This document shows positions 1 through 8,893 of a stretch of DNA of 41,501 nucleotides, piece after piece (within the stretch, counting starts at the first letter, position 1; every line of letters starts with the position of its first letter). The DNA comes from Acidimicrobiaceae bacterium (GTDB lineage: Bacteria; Actinomycetota; Acidimicrobiia; Acidimicrobiales; RAAP-2). The stretch spans positions 230-41,730 of the forward strand of contig PLXU01000043.1 of NCBI GenBank assembly GCA_003151555.1, given 5' to 3'. Made by a program: the position numbers and the translations under genes. Under the pieces are notes generated by a model. It had not been told where the DNA came from. It made no database searches and saw only the letters and a list, made by a program, of their open reading frames with translations.

Positions 1-280
1 GGCACTCCATGAAGCCTTGCTGCACGGGGTCTAGTGTCCCGTTCTGCTCGAGGCCCTCAATGGTTCGAACGCTATGGCCGTCGGCCATGGCGGTCAAGAC
101 GGTGCACGACTTGACCGGTTCACCGTCGAGCCACACCACACAGGTGCCGCAGTTGCTGGTGTCACAGCCCCAGTGCGTGCCGCGCAGCAGAAGCGTGTCG
201 CGCAAGAAGTGCACCAACAGCATGCGATCTTCGATCTCCTCGGTGACTTGGGTTCCGTTGACGTCCATTGATACCTGCAT
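1..280 (-). CDS. coxS: Carbon monoxide dehydrogenase-type small (2Fe-2S) subunit, 3'-truncated by the window edge
   Basis: Absent from the ORF track. Manual translation from the ATG at 280 gives MQVSMDVNGTQVTEEIEDRMLLVHFLRDTLLLRGTHWGCDTSNCGTCVVWLDGEPVKSC..., with the fer2 motif GCxxxxCGxC...SC. Starts 2 nt after the coxM stop. Confidence 0.9.
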   Translation of the reverse strand, partial: MQVSMDVNGTQVTEEIEDRMLLVHFLRDTLLLRGTHWGCDTSNCGTCVVWLDGEPVKSCTVLTAMADGHSVRTIEGLEQNGTLDPVQQGFMEC

Positions 281-282
281 AG

Positions 283-1158
283 TTAGGCCCCCTGCTTGTT
301 GATTCGCTCGACTGAGGTGTTGAGCGCCCGCTTGGTCAACTCATTGGCCAAGTGGCGTTTGTACTCGACGGTGCCGCGCAGGTCCTGCGTGGGTGTGCAC
401 GCCTCGGCCGCCAGGGCACCGGCTCGACTGAACAGTTCGTCCGAAGGGGCCTGTCCGCGAAGGAGTTCTGAGATCGCGGGTATTCCCGTGGTGTTGGGTC
501 CGACCGCCGCCAGGCCCACGCGGGCATCGGTGATCTTTCCCTCTGACATCCACACCGCCGCCGCGCTCGAGGTGACGGCCCAGTCGCCCGCGCGGCGTTC
601 TACTTTCTTGTACGCGCTCGATCCACCGGGACGCACCGGCAGACGCACTTCGGTCAGAATCTCGGCGTCGCCGACGGCGGTCTCGTAGGGTCCGAGGTAA
701 AAATCCTCCATGCTCACCACTCGCTCGCCATCGGCACCACGAATCACGCAACTGGCATTGAGCGCGGTGCATACCGCCGAGAGATCCTCTGAGGGATCGG
801 CCTGGCACAGCGAGCCGCCGAGCGTTCCGCGATTGCGTACGACGGGATCGGCAATCACGTGTTCGGCGTCACGAAAGATCGGAAACAGCGTGAACAGTTC
901 TGGTGACTCCAAGAGGTCACGATGGCGCGTCAACGCGCCGATTCGAACCTCGTCACCCTCGTGGCGAATGTAACTGAGCTCGTTGTAAAGGCCGTTGATG
1001 TCGATCAGCGTGTCGAAGCTCGCCAAACGAAGTTTCATCATTGGCAGAAGACTGTGTCCTCCCGCGATGAGCCGTGACGATCCTCCTTCGTGGAGCAATG
1101 AAATTGCTTGGTCCACCGAAGTAGCCCGTGCGTATTTGAACGGTGCTGGAACTTGCAT
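283..1158 (-). CDS. coxM: Carbon monoxide dehydrogenase-type medium (FAD-binding) subunit
   Basis: MQVPAPFKY start, AGGHSLLPMMKLR and VRNRGTLGGSLCQADP FAD motifs typical of actinobacterial CoxM/CutM; directly upstream of coxS. Confidence 0.88.
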   Translation of the reverse strand: MQVPAPFKYARATSVDQAISLLHEGGSSRLIAGGHSLLPMMKLRLASFDTLIDINGLYNELSYIRHEGDEVRIGALTRHRDLLESPELFTLFPIFRDAEHVIADPVVRNRGTLGGSLCQADPSEDLSAVCTALNASCVIRGADGERVVSMEDFYLGPYETAVGDAEILTEVRLPVRPGGSSAYKKVERRAGDWAVTSSAAAVWMSEGKITDARVGLAAVGPNTTGIPAISELLRGQAPSDELFSRAGALAAEACTPTQDLRGTVEYKRHLANELTKRALNTSVERINKQGA

Positions 1159-1255
1159 GATGCGAGACCCCCTCGTCGCATTGAAAACCGCGTTGCCATC
1201 AATTCTTGCTACTCAGACTTATCCGTACCTGAAGAACTTCCCACCGGTGTCCTGC

Positions 1256-1915
1256 TCAGTGGACCCACGCAAACATATATACCATCGAAACCGCCATCGC
1301 GACATCGCAGCACAACGCTACGCGCGGAGCGGCCACCGACGCGTACGAAGAAGATCGACTACTGGGCACCCTCACGGAGCTCGAGCTCGCGCACCCTTGA
1401 TGGACGCTCAGGGCGGGAGCGCTCATCGTTACGATCAGCGCGACGTTCCAAATCCCGTAGCCCGCCAATGCCAGGGCGAAAAAGACCGCCGCCGGTAGGA
1501 ACCATCCGGGCTCACCCGTCATGCCAGCCATACCGGGCATGGCCGCCATCGAACCACCGTGCATCACCATGCCGCCCGTGAACATCGCCACCATCGCCAC
1601 GCTCGTCACCACGTGGTTCGACTCGTGCACCGCCTGGCGGGCGGACGATGAAATGCGAACGACACTCACCGATCGCCAGAGAAACCAACCGGCGAAGCTC
1701 GTGAAGACAACTCGCCAGGCACCATTGGGCCCGAGCTGGACAATGTTGAGCACCATCGCGGCCATCACCGAGCCCATCACGACGTGAATAACGTGGAAAT
1801 CTCGGCGACCGGGACGCCTTGTCACCAAGAGAAAGGTCAGTCGCACGGAGCAATAGGCGACCGTGCTGAGCAAGAGGGCCGCCACCAAATCAACTGACCA
1901 AGCCGGTCCGTACAC
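1256..1915 (-). CDS. DUF5134-like membrane protein
   Basis: Several hydrophobic segments with HVVMGSVMAAM, HVVTSVAMVAM and CDVAMAVSMVYM motifs plus a Met/Gly-rich loop. Confidence 0.6.
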   Translation of the reverse strand: MYGPAWSVDLVAALLLSTVAYCSVRLTFLLVTRRPGRRDFHVIHVVMGSVMAAMVLNIVQLGPNGAWRVVFTSFAGWFLWRSVSVVRISSSARQAVHESNHVVTSVAMVAMFTGGMVMHGGSMAAMPGMAGMTGEPGWFLPAAVFFALALAGYGIWNVALIVTMSAPALSVHQGCASSSSVRVPSSRSSSYASVAAPRVALCCDVAMAVSMVYMFAWVH

Positions 1916-2109
1916 GAGGCCCCCGTTCGCACGTCATAGTCTGCCCTGCGCTCGGACTATAACAAGATAAGTGAGGACTCATCAGAATTTCTCGCGTGCC
2001 GCGCCCTGTGCGGATGCCACAGCCGGGGGTACAATTGCGGTCGAATTAGGACGACCCACGGAGATCTCCGCATCAACTGTCCTTTCCTGAGACGAGAGAG
2101 GAAACTCCA

Positions 2110-2424
2110 ATGAAGGAACTGCTTGGCGATGTCGAGCGCTGGCGTCAAAATGGTCAGCGTGTGGTTTTGGCGCGGGTCGTCGGCGTCCTTGGATCGGGAC
2201 CTCGAGAACCCGGGGCCGCGATGGCGGTGAGCGAAAGTGGCGAGGTCACGGGATCGGTTTCCGGTGGTTGCGTCGAGGGGGCCGTCGTCACCGAGGCACT
2301 TGAGGTGATCGAGACCGGCGAGGCGAAATTGTGCACGTTCGGTTACTCCGACGACGACGCGTTCGCCGTGGGGTTGACCTGCGGCGGCACTGTGCAAATT
2401 TTCTTGGAACGTCTGGAGCCATGA
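2110..2424 (+). CDS. XdhC/CoxI family N-terminal domain protein
   Basis: GSGPREPGAAM...GSVSGGCVE...GLTCGG motifs. Its stop overlaps the next start (ATGA, 2421-2424). Confidence 0.85.
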   Translation: MKELLGDVERWRQNGQRVVLARVVGVLGSGPREPGAAMAVSESGEVTGSVSGGCVEGAVVTEALEVIETGEAKLCTFGYSDDDAFAVGLTCGGTVQIFLERLEP

Positions 2425-3248
2425 AGGACATATTCGCGGTCCTCTTTGAATGCCTGAAAGAAGAGCAACCGGTAGCGATTGCCACTGTCATTGAGTTGGC
2501 GAGCGCACCCGAGGGATCAACCGGAGAACTGCCTTCGCTCGGAGCCACCATCCTGTTTGGCCCTTCCCGCGGCGCCATTGGTTCGTTCGCTAGCGGAGCG
2601 CTTGATCGTGTCGTGCTGCGCGATATTGAGGCGGCCCTCGACACCGGACAGAGCGCGTCTCGGCACTACGGTTCCGGCGGTGAGATTGGCCTCAACGATG
2701 TGACCGTCTTCATCGATGTCTATTCGCCGCCACCGCGCATGATCATCCTCGGCGCGGTCGACTTCACGCGGGCCCTCGTGAAGGTCGCCAAGGTACTTGG
2801 CTATCGCGTGACGGTCTGCGATGCCCGCCCGGTGTTCGCGACGAAGAAACGCTTTCCGGAAGCCGACGAGGTCATCGCCAAGTGGCCGGACAAGTACCTG
2901 GCCACCGTGGCCGATCAGCTCGGGCCGCTCGACGCCATCTGCGTCCTGACCCACGACCACAAGTTCGACGTGCCGGCAATCGTGTCGGCGATCGGCACGC
3001 ACGTGGGCTATCTCGGTGCCATGGGTTCACGCAAAACTCATGCGGAACGCGTGGTGCGGCTCATCGAAGCGGGCGTTGATCCGGCACGGATTCACGCGAT
3101 CATGGCGCCAATCGGAATCAACATTGGTGCGCGAACTCCCGAGGAGACCGCAATATCGATCTGTGCTGAGATAATCGCGCTTCGCGAACACGTGAAGGTC
3201 AACTCGTTGCGCGACGACCCCGGTCCGATCCATAAGGTTACGACGTAA
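2421..3248 (+). CDS. XdhC/CoxF family molybdenum-cofactor maturation protein (Rossmann domain)
   Basis: MIILGAVDF, VCDARPVFAT, LTHDHKFD, YLGAMGSR, APIGINIGARTPEETAISI. Start moved to the ATG at 2421, coupled to the upstream gene. Confidence 0.88.
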   Translation: MKDIFAVLFECLKEEQPVAIATVIELASAPEGSTGELPSLGATILFGPSRGAIGSFASGALDRVVLRDIEAALDTGQSASRHYGSGGEIGLNDVTVFIDVYSPPPRMIILGAVDFTRALVKVAKVLGYRVTVCDARPVFATKKRFPEADEVIAKWPDKYLATVADQLGPLDAICVLTHDHKFDVPAIVSAIGTHVGYLGAMGSRKTHAERVVRLIEAGVDPARIHAIMAPIGINIGARTPEETAISICAEIIALREHVKVNSLRDDPGPIHKVTT

Positions 3249-3833
3249 GCCAAGAGGCAGCTGGAGTCGGCGCAGTGGGCGTTTCGGACAACGTGTTGAG
3301 TATTGAACGCGGACTCAACCTGCTGCCTCCAAAATCCCGAATAATCTGTGCACTGGCCAAAATGAGGGTTGCTTGACCAAAGCCAGACCAAACTCGCAAG
3401 TTCGTAGTCCAACGGATGGTGTTCTGGCTCCTTAGAGCGGGTGGCCTGGCGACCGCCTCGCCGAGCACGTCGCCATTGTCCTGCCGGCCCACTGCGATTC
3501 CTCATGGGTGAATCGAAGTGACTGGAGTGGAGGTCAGTCAATAATGGGGTCGTCGAGTGGGACTTGGACGTGGAACCTGTTGATGAAGATTGAGAGGCGC
3601 TGTTACTTCAGCCCACGGTGTGAAGATTGCCTATATCGCCGTGAGCCATGTCAGGCTCTCAAGGATCGGTTCGGACCAGACGTCTCACAACGCGCCAGAG
3701 CCACGCGGCGTCCTATGGCCGGCCAGCGCTCGACGTCGCCCAGACGTTCCTCGTCATGGGAAGCCCTCTCGATTCACGAGCGGGGCCTCAACGGGGCCCG
3801 TCGCACGGACTCCAGTCACCGCAACACGACGTG

Positions 3834-3839
3834 TATAAT
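3834..3839 (+). promoter_or_regulatory. Putative -10 element of the ferredoxin gene
   Basis: Perfect TATAAT about 35 nt upstream of the ferredoxin start in GC-rich context. Confidence 0.4.
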
Positions 3840-3875
3840 TTCGCGCGCAAGCCAAAACCGGGTGAAGGGATGAGG

Positions 3876-4112
3876 ATGCGAGTACGGATCGACCAAGGCC
3901 TCTGCACAGGCGACGGACTTTGCGAGCAGATCGCCCCAGCCATGTTCGTCCTGGCTGACGACGGCCTCTCTTACATCAAGGAGGGTGATCGCGTGTACAA
4001 CGACGTCCAGGGCGGCGACGGTGTCGTCGTCGTGCCGACCAGCTTCGAGGACGCCGTGGTCGAGGCTTCCCAGGAGTGTCCCGGTGAGTGCATCTTCGTG
4101 ACGACAGACTGA
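3876..4112 (+). CDS. Single-cluster ferredoxin (CxxDxxC...CP type)
   Basis: MRVRIDQGLCTGDGLCEQIAP...ECPGECIFV; purine-rich RBS upstream; alternative start at 3870. Confidence 0.88.
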   Translation: MRVRIDQGLCTGDGLCEQIAPAMFVLADDGLSYIKEGDRVYNDVQGGDGVVVVPTSFEDAVVEASQECPGECIFVTTD

Positions 4113-4299
4113 CCGAGCCGGCGCACGCGGAAGGCGCCACGCGACGAGCGCAGTCCTTCCCGAGAGCGCCGCCGTGACATCACGCATCTGTGTCGAAGGC
4201 TTTGACGCGTGACCACGGCGCCACTTCGCCGCCTCTGCGTCAGTTCTTGGAACGGCTCTCTTGAACAGGGCGTCGTCGATGTCGCGCTCCGAGCGGCCG

Positions 4300-4690
4300 A
4301 ATGGTCAGGACGTGGCGCGACCGAGATGACGGCCCGCGAACGGGCAGCTTTGCTGTCCGTCGTCTACACGTCGACCTCCTCGGACGCCGGTCGATTGCTC
4401 CGTGCCCTGGTGCGCGGTCAAACCCGCGATTGTCGTCGGCGTCGACACGTCGCACGCCATCTCGATCGTGCACCTGGCCGCCGCGGTGCGCAACAACGGC
4501 CGAGGTCGGGTAGTGAGCATCAATCTAAGCGCCGAGAAGGCCGTACGAGCTCGGGCCAATCTCACTGGGGGTGGGTTCTCTGACGCCGTCACCTTTCACG
4601 GGAGCGATGTCCTCGAGGACCCTCGCCGACGCCGCGGCGTCGATCGACGGGCTCTCGCTCGGCGTTGGGAGGGACCTGAGCAAGTGACAG
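4300..4690 (+). pseudogene. Degraded class I SAM-dependent O-methyltransferase
   Basis: Homology runs across frame changes: ERAALLSVVY..SDAGRLLRALVR, shift near 4410, AVKPAIVVGVDTSHAISIVHLAAAVRNNGRGRVVSINLSAEKAVRARANL..DVLE, shift near 4618, TLADAAASIDGLSLGVGRDL. The SAM motif (E-x-G-T) is eroded and the C-terminus is missing. Confidence 0.7.
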
Positions 4691-4707
4691 TTGCGACAAC
4701 GGATACG

Positions 4708-5448
4708 TCACCAACAGGCGACACGTAACGCCTGGCCGGTAATCTGGCGAGCCTCGTCCGACGCGAGGAACAAGATGGTGTTAGCGACGTCCTCCGCAGA
4801 GGCGGCTGTCCCGAACGGGTTCAATTCCATGCGCATCTGGCGGAACTTCTCGGCCATGAGAGCGAGCCGCGGGTTGTCGACGAATCCTGGCACGACACAG
4901 TTAACGTTGATCAAGTCGCGGGCCAGCTCGCGGGCGAGGCTCGCGGTGAATCCGACGATTCCCGCCTTGGCCGTGGAGTAGTTGACCTGCCCGATGTTGC
5001 CCAGATAGGAACGCGACGAGATCAGGACGACCTTGCCGTACTTCTGCACCTTCATGTGGGGGACGACCGCGCGGCAGGCGAGGAACGTCGTTCGAAGGTT
5101 GAGCTCGATGACCAGGTCCCAGTCGTCGTCGGTCATCTTATGGATCATCGCGTCCTTGGAACCGCCGACCGTGGCCACGAGGATGTCGATTCGCCCATGT
5201 TCGTCGACGGTGCTCGCGGCCATCGCCCGGACCGCGTCGTCGTCGCGCGCGTCGGCCTCGACGAAGCTCACGCGGCTGGGGTCGGGGACGTCCAGCCCTG
5301 CGACGAACTCCGGCCACTTCGCGACGTCGAGGTCGGCGACCACTACCGTGGCCCCCTGGCGGCAGAACGTTTCGGTGATAGCACCGCCGATGACCCCGGC
5401 GCCGCCCGTGATGATCGCGACCCTTCCCTCCAGCCGGCCCTGTGTCAC
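4708..5448 (-). CDS. Short-chain dehydrogenase/reductase (FabG-like)
   Basis: TGGAGVIG cofactor motif, catalytic S...YSTAK, VVPGFV; RBS AGGAG upstream of the GTG. Confidence 0.92.
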   Translation of the reverse strand: MTQGRLEGRVAIITGGAGVIGGAITETFCRQGATVVVADLDVAKWPEFVAGLDVPDPSRVSFVEADARDDDAVRAMAASTVDEHGRIDILVATVGGSKDAMIHKMTDDDWDLVIELNLRTTFLACRAVVPHMKVQKYGKVVLISSRSYLGNIGQVNYSTAKAGIVGFTASLARELARDLINVNCVVPGFVDNPRLALMAEKFRQMRMELNPFGTAASAEDVANTILFLASDEARQITGQALRVACW

Positions 5449-5499
5449 TCTTTCTCCTTTTTAGTGTTGACCGCGAGACCCTCGACCGCGCGGCTGCGC

Positions 5500-6657
5500 T
5501 CAGTGCACACTGGTCGTCTCCTCGGTGGTCAAGATGTGGACGGCCGCGGCGCCAGTGCCGATGCCCGGAGTCGAGCCGCCCTGGACGTGAGCCAGCGCGG
5601 CGCGCGCGCGGGGGACCTGGCGCGCGCCGGCGCGACCTTCGAGCTGGCGGGTGAGCTCGACGACTTGGGCCACGCCGGTAGCACCCAGTGGATGGCCCAT
5701 CGATAGTCGCCCGCCGCTGGTATTGACCGGCAACCGGCCCCCGAGGGCTGTCACGCCCTCGTCGACTAGTCGGCCTCCTTCGCCCCGCTCGCAGAACCCC
5801 AGGTTTTCGTACGCGAGGATCTCGCCGATGGTGAAGGCGTCGTGGACCTCGGCCACGTCGATGTCGCTCGGACCAAGGCCGGCCATCTCGTAGGCCGCCG
5901 CCGCCGCCCTTTCTGCGAGGTCATCGTCCGAGGCGGTGGCATCGGTGGACGAGTTGCGGTAGATGCCCGATTTGAGAACCGACGCGGCGATTCGCACGCC
6001 TCGCCGACCGAGTTGATCGGCCACCTCGGCGCTGGCTATCACGAGGGCGGCCGCGCCGTCCGTCGTCGGGCAGCACTGCAACAGTGTTAACGGTTCGGCG
6101 ATCGGTCGAGAGGCAAGGACCTCCTCGAGCGTTACCTCCTGTTGGTAGTGCGCGTTGGGATTCAGCGCTCCGGCGGAGTGATTCTTGACCGACACCTGGG
6201 CCAGTTGTTCGATGGTTAAACCGTAGCGCTGCATGTGTTTGCGCGCCCGCAACGCGTATTTGGCGGGAAGCGTCTTTCCGAGGAAGGATTCGTACTCGCC
6301 CGGGTTGGGCGGGATGAGCCCTCTTTCCATCTTTTCCATTCCCACCACTAGGGCAAGGTCGTGGAGCCCGGAGGCGATCGCCATCCATCCGACGTGCAGT
6401 GACGTGCCGCCGCCGGCGCACGCATTCTCCACGTTGAGGATTGGCATGCCGGTCAAGCTGAGCTCTCGCAGGACGCGCTGACCGGCAACTCGGCCGCCAT
6501 TGGAATGGCCGAAGATCGCCATGTCGAAGCGCCTTGCGCCGAGGCCAGCGTCGCCCACCGCCTCGGTGACAGCCTCTTTAGCGAAGTCCTCGAGCAAGAG
6601 GTCGGGGTACCGACCGAAGGGCACTATTCCCGTGCCGATGATGAAGACGTCACGCAT
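5500..6657 (-). CDS. Thiolase family protein (SCP2/BbsB-like type)
   Basis: ENACAGG (Cys present), CCPTTDGAAA, EVHDAF and GHPLGATG motifs; overlaps the upstream DUF35 gene. Confidence 0.9.
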   Translation of the reverse strand: MRDVFIIGTGIVPFGRYPDLLLEDFAKEAVTEAVGDAGLGARRFDMAIFGHSNGGRVAGQRVLRELSLTGMPILNVENACAGGGTSLHVGWMAIASGLHDLALVVGMEKMERGLIPPNPGEYESFLGKTLPAKYALRARKHMQRYGLTIEQLAQVSVKNHSAGALNPNAHYQQEVTLEEVLASRPIAEPLTLLQCCPTTDGAAALVIASAEVADQLGRRGVRIAASVLKSGIYRNSSTDATASDDDLAERAAAAAYEMAGLGPSDIDVAEVHDAFTIGEILAYENLGFCERGEGGRLVDEGVTALGGRLPVNTSGGRLSMGHPLGATGVAQVVELTRQLEGRAGARQVPRARAALAHVQGGSTPGIGTGAAAVHILTTEETTSVH

Positions 6658-7108
6658 GACCCGTCTCCTGACTGGATGCTCGAGCGGACAAGGAGTCGTC
6701 GGATTCCCACGGTTCGATCGGGGTGAACTGGTAGGTCACGAACTCTTCGCCGTTCTCTCCGGTACGCGTCACCCCGACGGTGAGTGCGAGGGGACGCCCC
6801 TCGATCAGTTGGTTGCGCGTGACGTCGACAATTGGGGCCAGGACCTGCGTGCGCCCTTCGAACTCGCCGTATCCAATGACAAGTGGACTGGGAAAGCCCG
6901 AGGGCAGTTGATGGACGATCGTGAAGCTGCGCAGCTTGGCTGGTCCGCGCAGGAGAGCCTCGTGCGTGTCAGGGCTGCCGCACCGGACGCAGATCGTGTG
7001 CGCGGGGAAGACCGTCTCGCCACACTGGGGGCAATTGGTGCCACTGAGGATCACGTCGCCGTCGGTAGTTACGGTCCACTTTCCGATTCGCGGAGCGACT
7101 TCTGTCAT
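6650..7108 (-). CDS. DUF35 family Zn-ribbon + OB-fold protein (thiolase partner)
   Basis: CPQCG-x4-P-x4-CVRCG zinc ribbon followed by an SFTIVH..P..IGY OB-fold; coupled to the thiolase. Confidence 0.88.
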   Translation of the reverse strand: MTEVAPRIGKWTVTTDGDVILSGTNCPQCGETVFPAHTICVRCGSPDTHEALLRGPAKLRSFTIVHQLPSGFPSPLVIGYGEFEGRTQVLAPIVDVTRNQLIEGRPLALTVGVTRTGENGEEFVTYQFTPIEPWESDDSLSARASSQETGHA

Positions 7109-7275
7109 CGGTCCTTCCCTTTCGGTTGGAATCGTGTCAAGGTTGGCGCGCCGGTGATGGCCAGTTCGCCCCTGAGGGATTGGACGAGGGGGCCTCTCAA
7201 GTCTCTTCGCACCGCCGCACGAAGGTTTCGACGGGGCTTATGTTGCACGGTCGGGCGCGTACCTAGCATTCACCA

Positions 7276-7323
7276 AAATCTTTCACTAAATTGTGGTTCT
7301 CGCAACAAAAATTGTCTTATACT
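7276..7323 (+). promoter_or_regulatory. Divergent promoter region with shared motif AAATCTTTC-N17-GCAACAAAA and -10-like TATACT
   Basis: AT-rich stretch between divergent operons; the same motif and spacing recur at 14974-15008. Confidence 0.6.
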
Positions 7324-7393
7324 CCGACCACAGGCTACTCGGTCCGTCGGTACCCGGGTTGCCACGTATGAGTTTCGCTTAGGAGAGGGTGTT

Positions 7394-8848
7394 ATGGCTT
7401 CAGAAATCAGCCGTCCGATCTTCGTGGCAGGCGAGTGGGTCCGCGGCGAGCAGCAGCTCACGGTGACCAATCCGGCGAATGGCGAGGTTGTCGCCGTGAC
7501 CTCGGTGGCAGGCCCGGACGAGTACGAACGTGCAGTCGCGGCAGCTCTTGCGGTCCGGCCTCAGTTGTCGGCGCTCGCGAGCAACGAGCGTTCGGCAATC
7601 TTGCGGCGGGTCGAGGCGGGCCTCTTGGCGCGCGTTGACGAGATTGCCACGATCCTGGCGCGTGAGGCCGGCAAGCCGATCAAGGATGCCGCCTCCGAGG
7701 TCGAGCGGAGCGCGTTCGCTTTCCGGGTCGCGGCCGAGGAGGCCGAGCGCATCTACGGCGAGGTCATCCCGCTAGATCTCAACACCGCGTCGCGGGGCCG
7801 CACAGGGATCACTAAGCGGTTCCCCATTGGTCTGGTCGCGGGGATCAGTCCGTTTAACTTGCCCGTTGGACTCGCCGTCCACAAAGTGGCGCCAGCGATG
7901 GCCGCTGGCTGTCCGATCTTGCTCAAGCCGCCCAGTGCCGCGCCGCTGACGATGCTCACCGTGGCGGAGGTCATCGAGGCCGCCGGTGCCCCTCGGGGTT
8001 CGGTGAGCGTCATGCCAATGACGCGCGAGATGGGCAACCGCCTCGTGGCTGACGATCGATTCAAGCTGCTGTCGTTCACGGGCAGCCCCGAGGTCGGTTG
8101 GGACATGAAGGCGAGAGCGGGCAAGAAGCGTGTTGTGCTCGAATTGGGCGGAAATGCGGGCGTCATCGTCGACCGTTCCGCCGATCTCGACTGGGCTGTG
8201 AAGCGATCGGTCTACGGGGCGTTCAAGTACGCGGGCCAGATCTGCATCAGCGTGCAGCGCATCTTCGTCCACGAAGACCTCTACTCGGAGTTTCTCGACC
8301 GCTTCGTGGCCAAGTCATCGACTCTCATCATGGGCGACCCCCTCGACCCAGCCAGCGACCTCGGCCCCATGATCGACGGTTCCAGCGTTGCGAGGATCGG
8401 CTCGTGGGTCGATGAGGCAATCACGGGTGGCGCCAAGATGCTCTTGGGAGGACCGGCCTCAGGCAACTTCTTTCCTCCCACGATCCTGGTCGACGCCCCG
8501 ACGGACTCTCGCGTCGTGCGCGAAGAGGCGTTTGCTCCGGTCGTCACGGTGTCACCTTTCTCGAGCTTCGACGCCGCCGTAGACGCCGTCAACGACTCGG
8601 CCTTCGGGCTCCAGGCGGGCGTCTTCACGAACGACCTGGGTAATGCGTGGTCGGCATTCCATCGACTCGAGGTCGGCGGCGTCGTGATCAACGACGTCCC
8701 GACGTATCGGATCGACCACATGCCCTATGGCGGCGTGAAGGACTCCGGTCTAGGCCGCGAGGGGCTGCGCTGGTCCATCGAGGACATGACCGAATTGCGG
8801 ATACTCGTGATGTCGGACCGGCGCTCCGATGACGCGACCGCGGGCTGA
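7394..8848 (+). CDS. Aldehyde dehydrogenase
   Basis: ISPFNLP, LKPPS, FTGSPEVG, LELGGNA, GQICIS, EEAFAP, PYGGVKDSGLGREG. Real start at ATG 7394 after AGGAGAGG; the 6500 start in the ORF track overlaps opposite-strand genes. Confidence 0.95.
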   Translation: MASEISRPIFVAGEWVRGEQQLTVTNPANGEVVAVTSVAGPDEYERAVAAALAVRPQLSALASNERSAILRRVEAGLLARVDEIATILAREAGKPIKDAASEVERSAFAFRVAAEEAERIYGEVIPLDLNTASRGRTGITKRFPIGLVAGISPFNLPVGLAVHKVAPAMAAGCPILLKPPSAAPLTMLTVAEVIEAAGAPRGSVSVMPMTREMGNRLVADDRFKLLSFTGSPEVGWDMKARAGKKRVVLELGGNAGVIVDRSADLDWAVKRSVYGAFKYAGQICISVQRIFVHEDLYSEFLDRFVAKSSTLIMGDPLDPASDLGPMIDGSSVARIGSWVDEAITGGAKMLLGGPASGNFFPPTILVDAPTDSRVVREEAFAPVVTVSPFSSFDAAVDAVNDSAFGLQAGVFTNDLGNAWSAFHRLEVGGVVINDVPTYRIDHMPYGGVKDSGLGREGLRWSIEDMTELRILVMSDRRSDDATAG

Positions 8849-8893
8849 GAGCAGACGTACGCATGAACAAGCACACAAGGCAGGGAGACGAGG

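Noticed and set aside
3249-3830. Possible gene or ncRNA in the long spacer after xdhC
   Set aside because: The ORFs lack motifs and typical codon style; only short hairpins (for example 3295-3319); no recognisable RNA family.
6500-7393. 298-aa N-terminal extension of the ALDH in the ORF track
   Set aside because: It overlaps the opposite-strand thiolase and DUF35 genes and the promoter; ALDH homology and a good RBS begin at 7394.
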